Assembly: GCA_900128585.1 (NCBI GenBank)
Contig: LT642159.1
Span: 1 to 52,562 of the forward strand
Direction: 5' to 3'
DNA length: 52,562 nt
Origin: Stramenopiles sp. TOSAG23-3
Lineage: Eukaryota
Shown one piece after another: positions 42,438 to 51,842 of this stretch (positions are counted from its first letter, which is position 1; every line of letters begins with the position of its first letter). The translations under genes were made by a program, and so were the position numbers. Below the pieces are notes generated by a model. That model searched no databases. It saw only the letters and a list, made by a program, of their open reading frames with translations, and was not told the origin of the DNA.

Positions 42438-42848
42438 TTACTTGAAGGTTACTCCCGCGCCTCCTGGGAGCCCTGGTGCCGCTACCATGGCGCCAGCAAG
42501 TGCACCACTACTGACGGGCGATCCGTACATTCCTCCTAAGTTCGGGTTCGTAGCTGTTGGAATACCAGTCGGAAGTTTTCCAGGGTTCTGAAACGCTCCT
42601 CCGTCGACGCCCATGGCCTGGAAGGCGGCGTTCGGCGATGTCATTTTTCTCGCGTCTCCGGCCGGGCGCATCCACGTAGGCAATTGATCGGGGTGAAAAA
42701 AATTGGAACCTTCTGGTGATGGGATACCCACCATTTGCGGTGGCCTGTGCATAAGTGTTCTTGGATCACCTCGCAAGTTCTTCGTCGCCATTGCGCCAGA
42801 CCCTAACACACTAGCCACTATACCTACCAATACGAGACTTCTGCTCAT
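42438..42848 (-). CDS. Small secreted Pro/Gly-rich protein, paralog of 43901-44734
   Basis: Signal peptide MSRSLVLVGIVASVLGSGAMA, then KNLRG; contains IPSPEGSNFFHPDQLPTWMRPAGD. Confidence 0.75.
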   Translation of the reverse strand: MSRSLVLVGIVASVLGSGAMATKNLRGDPRTLMHRPPQMVGIPSPEGSNFFHPDQLPTWMRPAGDARKMTSPNAAFQAMGVDGGAFQNPGKLPTGIPTATNPNLGGMYGSPVSSGALAGAMVAAPGLPGGAGVTFK

Positions 42849-43900
42849 ATTTGAAACTATATAACTATATAACTAAACAACCAAAATAAAAAGACGAACA
42901 AACGATCCTACCTTTTCTTTCTCGTTCAATTGGACAATCGTATACAAACACGTTTGAAGGTAATACATGATGCATTTTTTTCTCATACATAGTATACATT
43001 CATTACTTTCTTCTGGCATCATTACTTTTGTTTCTACAAGATGATGTTAATTATACGAGATAAGGAAATATAATTGTGTTGTTAATAATAATAACAATTA
43101 AATTATTATTATAAAATATTTTATATTTTTTTATTATATGAGATTTTATTATTTTTATTAATAATAAGCTGTGAGCTGTGAGCTGTGAGTGAGAGAAGAA
43201 GGAGGACAAAGTTCGTCACGATAGCATTTAGTTCTCATATTACGCCTACTCATAGTTAAAGACTAATAATAGTATTTTTTCAGCTTTTACAAAATTGGAC
43301 TATTCATTAGTAGTACGGTATAATTAAAATATGAAGTATTCGTCATTGTTTTAGTCTTATGTAATTATAATACTTAATCATATAGGTACGTATACTATTT
43401 ACTATTAAACACCCACCCTTCATCCATAATCCATCCCCCCCCCTTTTTGCTATTACAGTATTTTAATTTTATCAGCTCCTTCATTGGATTCATTATTCAT
43501 GTTTTAAAATTTTTTAATACATGGTTAATATATATTTATCCAATTGTATTCTTTACTATATACAAAGAGGAAATTCGAACATTACATATTTATATATTAT
43601 AAATTATTAAAACACAGAGGTTTACAAGATATAAAATATATAATAATGACAAAAAGAAAGAGCAAAGAAAGGCAAAAAAAATAAAAAATACACGACAACA
43701 ACAGGCAATAAATCATGACTCATGACTCAATCAATTGTTTGTTTAATATGCAACGGTAGAAAACAATGCAATGTAATGGTTTTAGGGTAACGAGTGCTAA
43801 TGTCTAGGAAAGCTGGTTTCTTTCGCTTTATCTATTTATAAAGTGTTTTTAGATATTGTGTATACACAGTGTAGTATAAATTCAAGATTATAACGGAACG

Positions 43901-44734
43901 ATGGATAGAATGTTTTTTTTTGGGACCATCCTTGCGGCAGGGCTACTATGCTTGGCCGGCATGGTGAATGGCAAATCCATGCTTCGCACTAAAGGGTCGA
44001 GTTTAATGGCTCATGGAAATAGAGCGGGCCTGTCGCCCCAAAAATTAATGGAAAAACCGTACAAGAACGTGGTTATTCCGAGCCCAGATGGTGACATCGA
44101 CTACAGCCCGGACAACTTACCGGTGTGGATGCGTCCGGACAGCGATGATGTAAAGGAGAAAAAGCTAGACTGCGGAAGCAAAGCTCCAGCCACAGAGGAA
44201 GGGGCAGGGCAGAAGAAGGAAGGCTCTGGGGACGCCAAAGTGGACAGCGGCTGCGACCAGAGCGGGGGTGGAATGCAAATAAAGTTAAAAGCAAGTTTTT
44301 TCCGGAAACCAGTGCCCCCGCCCCCACCTTTAGAAACACCAGACCAAAGCGCAGTGTACGGAGGCAACTTTATGGGAGATGGGTCCAAGCCGATGATGTT
44401 TACTCCCCAAGGGGGGAAAGGCGAAGGGGCGCTGAACCATGCCGTTTTGTTCCCCCCAGAAGACTACAAAATTCTGGCCGGAGGAGCAGTTTCTAGTGAT
44501 AGCGAATTGGGAAAAGACCCAAAGTTGTACATGGAGCCGCCGGGCAAGCCGAAAGTAAAAGGGTTTGGGGCCCCAATGCCAAAGCCTGCAGTGGACACTA
44601 CGTCTTCAAAAGCTAGTGGGGTGTCCAAGGGCAAGATCGGAATGTACACAGGGCCACCCATTCCGATTAGCCCTGCAATGGGAACGCCGGCATTGGAGTT
44701 TCCTGGACAAAAGTCCACCGATGTTATCGCATAG
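43901..44734 (+). CDS. Secreted Pro/Gly-rich protein, paralog of 42438-42848
   Basis: Signal peptide MDRMFFFGTILAAGLLCLAGMVNG, then KSMLR; contains IPSPDGDIDYSPDNLPVWMRPDSD. Confidence 0.78.
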   Translation: MDRMFFFGTILAAGLLCLAGMVNGKSMLRTKGSSLMAHGNRAGLSPQKLMEKPYKNVVIPSPDGDIDYSPDNLPVWMRPDSDDVKEKKLDCGSKAPATEEGAGQKKEGSGDAKVDSGCDQSGGGMQIKLKASFFRKPVPPPPPLETPDQSAVYGGNFMGDGSKPMMFTPQGGKGEGALNHAVLFPPEDYKILAGGAVSSDSELGKDPKLYMEPPGKPKVKGFGAPMPKPAVDTTSSKASGVSKGKIGMYTGPPIPISPAMGTPALEFPGQKSTDVIA

Positions 44735-44815
44735 AACGAGAAAATAAAATAAATAAAAGAATACGAGTGAAAGATTTACGAGTGAGACATCGGATGAGGA
44801 AATTGACTACGGCCA

Positions 44816-44972
44816 GCTGTTATTTAAGTTAATTAAAATTAAACTGTCACATGTATGATACCGCGAAAATACTACTATATAATTTGTTTTTTTTGATATC
44901 GCGAAAATGAATCTGCTCCTTTTGTCCATTAGAGGTTTACGTTCTTTCATGTACTGCGAACTTATCTCTGCT
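44816..44972 (-). repeat. Dispersed 3'-flank repeat family, copy D (inverted, rearranged)
   Basis: The reverse complement of 44900-44972, AGCAGAGATAAGTTCGCAGTACATGAAAGAACGTAAACCTCTAATGGACAAAAGGAGCAGATTCATTTTCGCG, matches 18327-18399. The tail motif is at ~44816-44840. Confidence 0.88.
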
Positions 44973-45142
44973 TTTTCTGCTTTTTGTTTTTAAAAAATAA
45001 TATATATTTATTTATCTTCCTCTCTTATTTTTTTTTATCTTCCTCATGATCGTAATTGATATAAACTGAGAGTCTTATAGCATACTACAGCCAATTTTCT
45101 TGCTTTTTATAGCATACTATATAATTGATTTTTGTTTTTTTA

Positions 45143-45204
45143 TATCTTCCTCATGTACCACGAAAATGAATCTGCTCCTTTTGTCCATTAAAGTTTTACG
45201 TTCC
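45143..45204 (-). repeat. Dispersed 3'-flank repeat family, copy E (inverted)
   Basis: The reverse complement, GGAACGTAAAACTTTAATGGACAAAAGGAGCAGATTCATTTTCGTGGTACATGAGGAAGATA, matches 18354-18415. It begins 30 nt after the stop at 45235. Confidence 0.85.
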
Positions 45205-45234
45205 ATATATCATACGATAGCATATCTCTTTTAT

Positions 45235-47124
45235 TTACATCGTTTTGTCCTTTTCGCAGGTCTTTTTCTTCCACAGGCTGATCCTTTCGACGGCGTTTCG
45301 ATGGCTGTCATACATGCGAAGGCGCTCCCGCGATGAAGTTTCGGCGTGCACACCATGAATACCATACAGCCCGCCCCTTTCGCCGTAGATGGGCCCAGTC
45401 CCATCGCTTACAATTCTGTGTTTGGGTTCCCATCCTTGGGAACCCTTGTTTCGCTTCACCAAGTACTCCTCCCTGCCGCTGACTTTGTTTATTTTCTTGC
45501 CACGGATGCTGACAATATTCCCACTAGTTGGTTCCCCTTCAATTTTGTAATACCTGGGAAGCTTAAGGTCCCACACGATGTCAAATATTGTCCTAGGGTA
45601 GGCCAAAATGGCGGCAAAAAGGTAGACGCTCAGGCCGCAAAACCCGAGCAACATCATGACGTACTCGGGGTATATACTCCGCAATCCGCCCGTGCCGTCG
45701 TCATCGACGTAGGCCGTCCCACAAATGGTGTACCACTCCGCCCCCGCCGTGGGGAGGCGGCACACGTCGCCCATGCCAGCCCGGCAGCGGTTTTCCTCGA
45801 CACACCAAAATTCATGCGTGTCCTCCGAAAAGTTAGAGGGGCATATACTATGGTTACGCTCGACGACAACGGGCCTCCCAGGGAACGGCAGCACTTCGTA
45901 CGGCCCGTACCGCAGCCGCACTTTTGTGGTCAGGTTTAAGCTGGGGTCATAATATTTTTCTCTAGTAATGTCCCCGAACCAGGGGATGGCCTCGTTCGGC
46001 GTGTTGGGAAGCCCGACCAAGCCTACCGTCTCCTCCAAGACCATTGGGCTGTGGCAGCCAACCGGGGCAATAGGCTGGTGCAAGCCTGTGGCCCGGACGG
46101 TAGTGGGATCCGCCCCCACCACCAGCAGCATGTAAAAGACGTAGTGAAAAACCACCGCCACAAAACACTCGTCCACGTGCCACTTCCCAGGCCCCCGTCG
46201 TTTGGCACTTCTTCGTTCCTCCCGCTCCCCATCTTCCCGCAAGTTGACAGGTTGGGCACGGAAAATGCCCCATAGGGTAGTGCTGACGTAAAACAAGACC
46301 AGCACCCCAACACATATTTCAGAGTGAATCCCAAAAATATCGTGCGGGATGTGGTACAAAGGGACAAATTGCAGCATGACCCCGAGGGGAAACGAGAACA
46401 GGCCGACGATGACCATCACTGCGAATTCACCCCAGAACGACCCCGCCATTTGTTTTTTTCGGTACGGCATGGCCTCCATTTCGTCGCCGCTGTATAGGCC
46501 GGAAACGCCCGTAAAGTACCTTCTTGAACGCTGCAGCAGAAACGTAAACGCCATGCCAAACGACATATGGAAAAAGTACGATGTCCACGGAACGCCGTAC
46601 GCACGGTCATAAATATTCGCGTCGGTATCGTGCCACGTCCACCACAGAAGTTTCACCCCCATAACGTCGTACGGAACGTCCAGCAGGACCTCGAACAGGC
46701 CAGCAGCAAACGGCTCGCAGTTCTCTACCATTCGCAGGCGAGCGAGGGCGACGGACGCCGTGTAAATAAACCCAGGGTAAAGACAAATAATGTGAAACGG
46801 CTCCCGCTTACCGAACCACATCACGAGAGATTGGGCATGCCAAAAATTGTCAATGTCTTCGTACCAGTACGAAACCAACTCGGTGGTCAAACCATGGAGT
46901 ATCGTGGTCCACCATAGCCACAAGTAACGCCCGCCATGCCTGTGGGCATGCATGTAGGTCAGGATGCAAAGCACATAAAACTCTAACTCACACAGTAAAA
47001 AGGTCGGCTCGTCGTGGACTATTTCGCCCAGCGAGCGAAACGATACCAGCCACGCCAAGCTCCCCGAATCGAAGGTCCCCATAGGGGCGGCGGTGTTGTT
47101 CGTCACTGGGTAAACCTCGTTCAT
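45235..47124 (-). CDS. Multipass membrane protein of a conserved uncharacterised family (DUF7802-like) with a chromodomain-like C-terminal segment
   Basis: Many hydrophobic helices with HG...E....DIDNFWHAQ, R.P.HI..LYP.F.Y and D.PYD.MGVKLLWWTWHDTD.N..DR.YGVPW.SY.FH motifs; tail IVSIRGKK...GREEYLVK...WEP. Confidence 0.72.
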   Translation of the reverse strand: MNEVYPVTNNTAAPMGTFDSGSLAWLVSFRSLGEIVHDEPTFLLCELEFYVLCILTYMHAHRHGGRYLWLWWTTILHGLTTELVSYWYEDIDNFWHAQSLVMWFGKREPFHIICLYPGFIYTASVALARLRMVENCEPFAAGLFEVLLDVPYDVMGVKLLWWTWHDTDANIYDRAYGVPWTSYFFHMSFGMAFTFLLQRSRRYFTGVSGLYSGDEMEAMPYRKKQMAGSFWGEFAVMVIVGLFSFPLGVMLQFVPLYHIPHDIFGIHSEICVGVLVLFYVSTTLWGIFRAQPVNLREDGEREERRSAKRRGPGKWHVDECFVAVVFHYVFYMLLVVGADPTTVRATGLHQPIAPVGCHSPMVLEETVGLVGLPNTPNEAIPWFGDITREKYYDPSLNLTTKVRLRYGPYEVLPFPGRPVVVERNHSICPSNFSEDTHEFWCVEENRCRAGMGDVCRLPTAGAEWYTICGTAYVDDDGTGGLRSIYPEYVMMLLGFCGLSVYLFAAILAYPRTIFDIVWDLKLPRYYKIEGEPTSGNIVSIRGKKINKVSGREEYLVKRNKGSQGWEPKHRIVSDGTGPIYGERGGLYGIHGVHAETSSRERLRMYDSHRNAVERISLWKKKTCEKDKTM

Positions 47125-47960
47125 TTTGAGATGGCACGGATGCGATTTCTACCTGTCAGAGATGATTTCTCTTTGCAGCCAGTAATCTGAAACTATGTAG
47201 TATACTAGTCGACGGAATTGTAAAAAAGAAATGAATCTGGTGATTTCAAGCCACATACTTTTTCTTCATTCGCGTTTGTTGCCTCTTCTTTTGTTGGAAG
47301 AAGAGAAGGATTTGAAAATGCAAAAAAAAAATGATTTTGTTGATGAGTGATGAGATGATAGGAGGATAATATTAATGTATAGTTATTACACATATAAGTA
47401 TGGTACCCGTATATAGACTAATAATACCGTATGAAATATACCATGTACAAGTACGGTACGGTACGAGGAATGAGGAGTAATTGAACATTGAACCTTGTGT
47501 CGCCTGTCACCGGGGTAGTAGAGTTTCATTTTTTAAAAATATTTTATTCATTTCATTTTTTTTATATTTATTATAATAATTGCTTTTTATCACAGAAGAA
47601 CAGAAGAGAAGATTGAATCGCATATCGTGAAGGAAGAATGATGTAGACACAGTATTTATTATTACAGTGTACATATTATAAATTAATAATTAAGAAATGT
47701 AAAATAAACGTTGTTGTGTCCTGGTATCCTCGTATATATTACATATTTGGAAATATTTAAAGAATCAAGATCATCGACGAGATGATTAGTTTTATTTTTC
47801 TGTTCAAAAATTCATTAAGAAGATGAAACAAATGTTTCATTGGAAATGTTTGATTGAGACAAGGAAATATAGAGAATTAAGGCGTTTTTAAACATTTGAA
47901 CACTTTAATATACAGTGCAATTGATTCAATCCTCGTAGGAAGGAATCATACTACTGGATC

Positions 47961-48389
47961 ATGGGCCTTTGTGCTACCAATAGAATTCCCCCATTGCTCT
48001 GGGTGCTCTTTTCTTGCCTTTGTGGAAGCGCCTATGGAGCGGACGATGATGATGGGTCTCCAAGTGCAACTAACATTATCGTAGGAGCGTGCGTATGCAT
48101 TTGCCTCGTTTTTGTGGTCGTAATGTATTGCAAACCCTACATTCAGGGAAAGCGTAAATCAGCAGAAGTGGAAAGTGAAGTCCATGTGATCCAGGTATCA
48201 ACTTTTAAAAACCCGAACGCCAAAGCAGCGGCAGCGTGGGATGCAGAAGAGAAGCCACTGAGCGCGGAGGATATATACAAAGAGTCTGAAGAGAGCGCGA
48301 AAGCGCACGGAGAAAAGACCAAGGAAGCACACGAAAAGAAAAAGTCCAGGCTCGAAGCAAGGCTTGCCGCTCGAAAACAGAAAGGATAG
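47961..48389 (+). CDS. Small single-pass (type I-like) membrane protein, unknown function
   Basis: Signal-peptide-like LLWVLFSCLCGSAYG, transmembrane segment IIVGACVCICLVFVVVMYC, charged cytosolic tail. Confidence 0.7.
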   Translation: MGLCATNRIPPLLWVLFSCLCGSAYGADDDDGSPSATNIIVGACVCICLVFVVVMYCKPYIQGKRKSAEVESEVHVIQVSTFKNPNAKAAAAWDAEEKPLSAEDIYKESEESAKAHGEKTKEAHEKKKSRLEARLAARKQKG

Positions 48390-48814
48390 AGTGATTTTGT
48401 TTTCCGTCGGACAAATTTGCTGCGCACACAGTTAAAAACAAAAAAATAGACTTCTTTAAACAATGGCCGCCGTCTGTATCATGTTTATATTTCGTAAGAG
48501 TACCGAAGTGTCTTAAAACGTACGAAGTAAAAAAACAACATGATGAATTTTTAATAGTCCATATATATTATATAAGAGAATATAACTTTTTTTTTCATAT
48601 TTTTTTATAATTTTTTACATCATAAATAATACTCCATCCTGTTCTGTGTATTTCTTTGATTTTTGTGATGGAACGTTTTACTATACATTATTTATGTACT
48701 TCAAGCATATTTTTATTTTCCCTATCAAAATTTCAATGGCTTCCTTCCGTCTTTTTTCAACAATTTTTTTTATAATAAAAATAAATATAACAAACTGTGT
48801 ACTTTACTTTGAAC

Positions 48815-49444
48815 TTAGGACGATTCTTCCCCCGAACCGCTGGCGCCTTCCGTTGGCCCACTGGCATTACTGGAGCCACTGGCACCGCTGCTCCCGGACA
48901 TGGCGGCTACGCCGTCTGGGCCAGAGGGGCCACTTTCCATTCCCAGCTTCATTCTTAACTTCTTTTTCTCCTCGTCTTTTTTGTCTTGCAGCGCAATCCT
49001 GGCGTTCAACGCTATGTTTGCTGCCAATAAATTCCTGGTTTCCGCCGAATATTTAGCTACCATTTCCCCGACGCCTTTCTCAGTCTCCGTGTGGGCCTGT
49101 CGGGACAACACGTGGGCCGGTGGGATACCAAAATGATGCTCCGCCGCCACTTTTGGCACGCGCACTTTGGGGGGAATGTAGGTTTTGTTTTTTTCTAGTT
49201 CTGGGGTCAACGGAGCGGGCTTTGGGATAACGTCTTCATCGGACCATTTGTCACCACGGTTGGTCAAAACTCCATCTACTTTAGTAGGGGGCGGGGCCTC
49301 CACCTTTGCACCCCTCAGAATCACCTTCAAGTTGTCAGAATGGGTCAGCCCTACTATTTTCGGCGCATCTTGCGCACTGGCCGAAGCGATTAAACTACAG
49401 ACAGCGGCAGCCGCAAATACATACAACGCACGTGGAAACACCAT
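48815..49444 (-). CDS. Hypothetical secreted protein with Ser/Gly/Ala-rich C-terminus
   Basis: Signal peptide MVFPRALYVFAAAAVCSLIASASA, Pro-rich middle, short coiled coil, SGSSGASGSSNASG tail. Confidence 0.72.
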   Translation of the reverse strand: MVFPRALYVFAAAAVCSLIASASAQDAPKIVGLTHSDNLKVILRGAKVEAPPPTKVDGVLTNRGDKWSDEDVIPKPAPLTPELEKNKTYIPPKVRVPKVAAEHHFGIPPAHVLSRQAHTETEKGVGEMVAKYSAETRNLLAANIALNARIALQDKKDEEKKKLRMKLGMESGPSGPDGVAAMSGSSGASGSSNASGPTEGASGSGEESS

Positions 49445-50154
49445 GACTACTCACTCACGCGCAGTTATTTACACGGTCTTAAAATTACAAAATCAAAATA
49501 CGTGCCGTTACCTGTCTAACGTTTTGCTCACACTCCTCAAGACTCCACTTTTCAGCCTACAAAAGCTTACATGAACTTGGTATCAACACTGATATCCAAG
49601 CAATCCCCCACAGTTTACTAAAATTTACAACGGGAGCTTAAAATTGTGCCTCCTTTGCTAAGTTCTCCCATCCTTCATCCTCCCTGTGTTTGCTTTTTGC
49701 TTTGCTGCTAAAAGAAAAACAAATATAATATTAGAATACGAATAACTATTGTATTTACTATACTTAATTTATTTATAATATGCCTATTTGATTATATAAA
49801 TATATGTTATTATTATATAAATTAATTAAAGTATATACCTATATTTTATTAAACAACTACTTTCTTTCCTCCCCCCCCCCTTTTTATTTTTCATCAATTT
49901 GCTCTGCTGTTACTGTTGCACCTCTCTCTCTCTCTCTACTACGAGTACTGTACGAGTATATAAAATCATCAGATATCTCATCTTCTCTATCTACCTGGAC
50001 TAGTATAATACGATACGAGTACACCACACCACACCGTATCATCATATAATAAAATATCATCACAGAAGAAGAAGAATATTAAAAAAAAACAAATAAAAAT
50101 GATGATCTCATTTTCTCTTTCTTCTTCTTCATCATCAAAAAAAGCAAGCAGCGC

Positions 50155-50226
50155 AAGAAGAAGAAAGAAGAAGAAAAAAATAATAAAAAAAAAAAAAAGA
50201 AGAGAAAAAAAAAAAGAAAGAAGAGA

Positions 50227-50280
<54 letters not shown>

Positions 50281-50310
50281 AGAGAAAAAAAAAAAGGAGA
50301 GAAGAAAATA
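50155..50310. repeat. Near-pure A/G polypurine tract
   Basis: About 150 nt of A runs punctuated by G in the divergent spacer before the SERF-like gene. Confidence 0.9.
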
Positions 50311-50595
50311 AATATTTAGACTAGTCGTCGTCGTCGTCTAATTAATAATTAATAAATAATAATTACTACTTATTATAATCCAATTAAATTATTATTAATC
50401 ATCTCTCAACACAACAAAAACAAAAACAACGGAGCTTTGAAAAATGAAAAAAATATACGTGACAGAATAGTTAAAAGGATACTACACGAAAGAAATATAA
50501 GATTACATTGTTTCATTTTGTTTCGATTCGTATCGAATGAATTAACCAGAGGTTATTAATACAAGATTTTGAAAAGTATATAACATATTGAAAAA

Positions 50596-50826
50596 ATGGT
50601 AAGAGGTCACGCAAAAGAGGCTGCTCAACAGAAGCGCGCGAAGGAGATGGCGAAGAAGAAGAAAGCCTCTTCTAACTTGAAATCGGACACGAAGGGGGAC
50701 TGGGCGAGTGCACAGAAAGACCGCGAAGCGAAGAGGGCTGCTAAAGAAGAAGCGAAAAAGAAAAAGGAAGCGAAAGCGAAGAAAGAAGCGAAAAAGGCCA
50801 TGAAGGCACTGGGGAAGAAGAAGTAA
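50596..50826 (+). CDS. SERF/4F5-like small basic protein
   Basis: MVRGHAKEAAQQKRAKE resembles the MxRGxxx...Q/RKNxKK N-terminus of SERF and ZNF706 proteins. 76 aa, Lys/Ala-rich, no zinc finger. Confidence 0.65.
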   Translation: MVRGHAKEAAQQKRAKEMAKKKKASSNLKSDTKGDWASAQKDREAKRAAKEEAKKKKEAKAKKEAKKAMKALGKKK

Positions 50827-51185
50827 ACTGCTGGTCGGAGTGTGTCGGGCAAGTTTTTTCTTACTCCGTCGTTTGTGTAAAACATACTTCGCACCGAGAA
50901 GAACGAGAGAGTGAGTGAGGGTTACAGTGTCAATTGCGGTTTGCTTATTGTACAATTTTACAAAATAGTGTGCAAAGTTATTCTTATTCATCGTACACAT
51001 TCGAATACACCCTTTTTTATATCTACATTTTACTTTTTGTTCGTGGAGCTGCCGCGCCAGGTGAGGAGGGACGGCAAGTTTCATTTAATATTTTATAATT
51101 CGTCACACCTCTTTCTGTGTGGCCACTATTTTTCATCATACCCACGAACAAAATATCAAGCGGCAGCATGTGCCTGCCTCTTTCC

Positions 51186-51842
51186 CTATAGGTCCAAAAT
51201 TTTCTGCAGGCGTTTGTTTTCTTCATCGCCACAGGATTTTTGAAACACAAACTTTGGCTGGTACTCAGGATCTAACAGTCGTGTCAGGTTTGTTGCTTCG
51301 ACACTACTTGGTAAGCGGAGGATCAGGTCGCTCAATTCCTCCTCGGCGGCCTCTTTCTGCCGCTTGCCCCGCTTCAATATCCGCTCTTGTGCCTCTTTCA
51401 TAGCTTGTTTTGCCGACCGCTTCTCCGCTTCGCTGGGACGCGAATCCTTTTGTTTCGCGAGGCGTTTTTCTCGCTCTTCCTGCGCCCGTTTGGCAACCCT
51501 CCTTCTGCACTGCTGCCTTAGCTCGTCGGGGCTCACCTTCTTCCTCCGCCTCGAATCTCTTTGTTTCTCCCTCCGGTTTTCTCTTTCTTCCATTTCTTCC
51601 GCTTCTTTCTGTTGCTGTTCTCGCTTTCGTCGCATTTTAATCTGAGAATTCATCCGTTCGTTCATTTTATTCTTCAGCATCTGTATCTTGTGGTCTTTCC
51701 TCCTCTGCTCTGCAATAGCCCTTTCGTACTCAATTAGTTCGGCAAATATTTCACCCTTCAGCTCTTCGCCCAGGATATCGCCCACTGCACGCTGTCGCCG
51801 GCGTTGCCTTGCCAATTCATGTCGATTGCCAAGATGGGACAT
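51186..51842 (-). CDS. Hypothetical charged coiled-coil protein
   Basis: 218-aa ATG-initiated ORF in a GC-balanced block, R/K/E-rich and helical; no family recognised. Confidence 0.65.
   Translation of the reverse strand: MSHLGNRHELARQRRRQRAVGDILGEELKGEIFAELIEYERAIAEQRRKDHKIQMLKNKMNERMNSQIKMRRKREQQQKEAEEMEERENRREKQRDSRRRKKVSPDELRQQCRRRVAKRAQEEREKRLAKQKDSRPSEAEKRSAKQAMKEAQERILKRGKRQKEAAEEELSDLILRLPSSVEATNLTRLLDPEYQPKFVFQKSCGDEENKRLQKILDL

Noticed and set aside
50099-50311. Lys-rich 70-aa ORF (similarly 8520-8825 and 40544-40741)
   Set aside because: These are translations of simple-sequence tracts, not credible genes.
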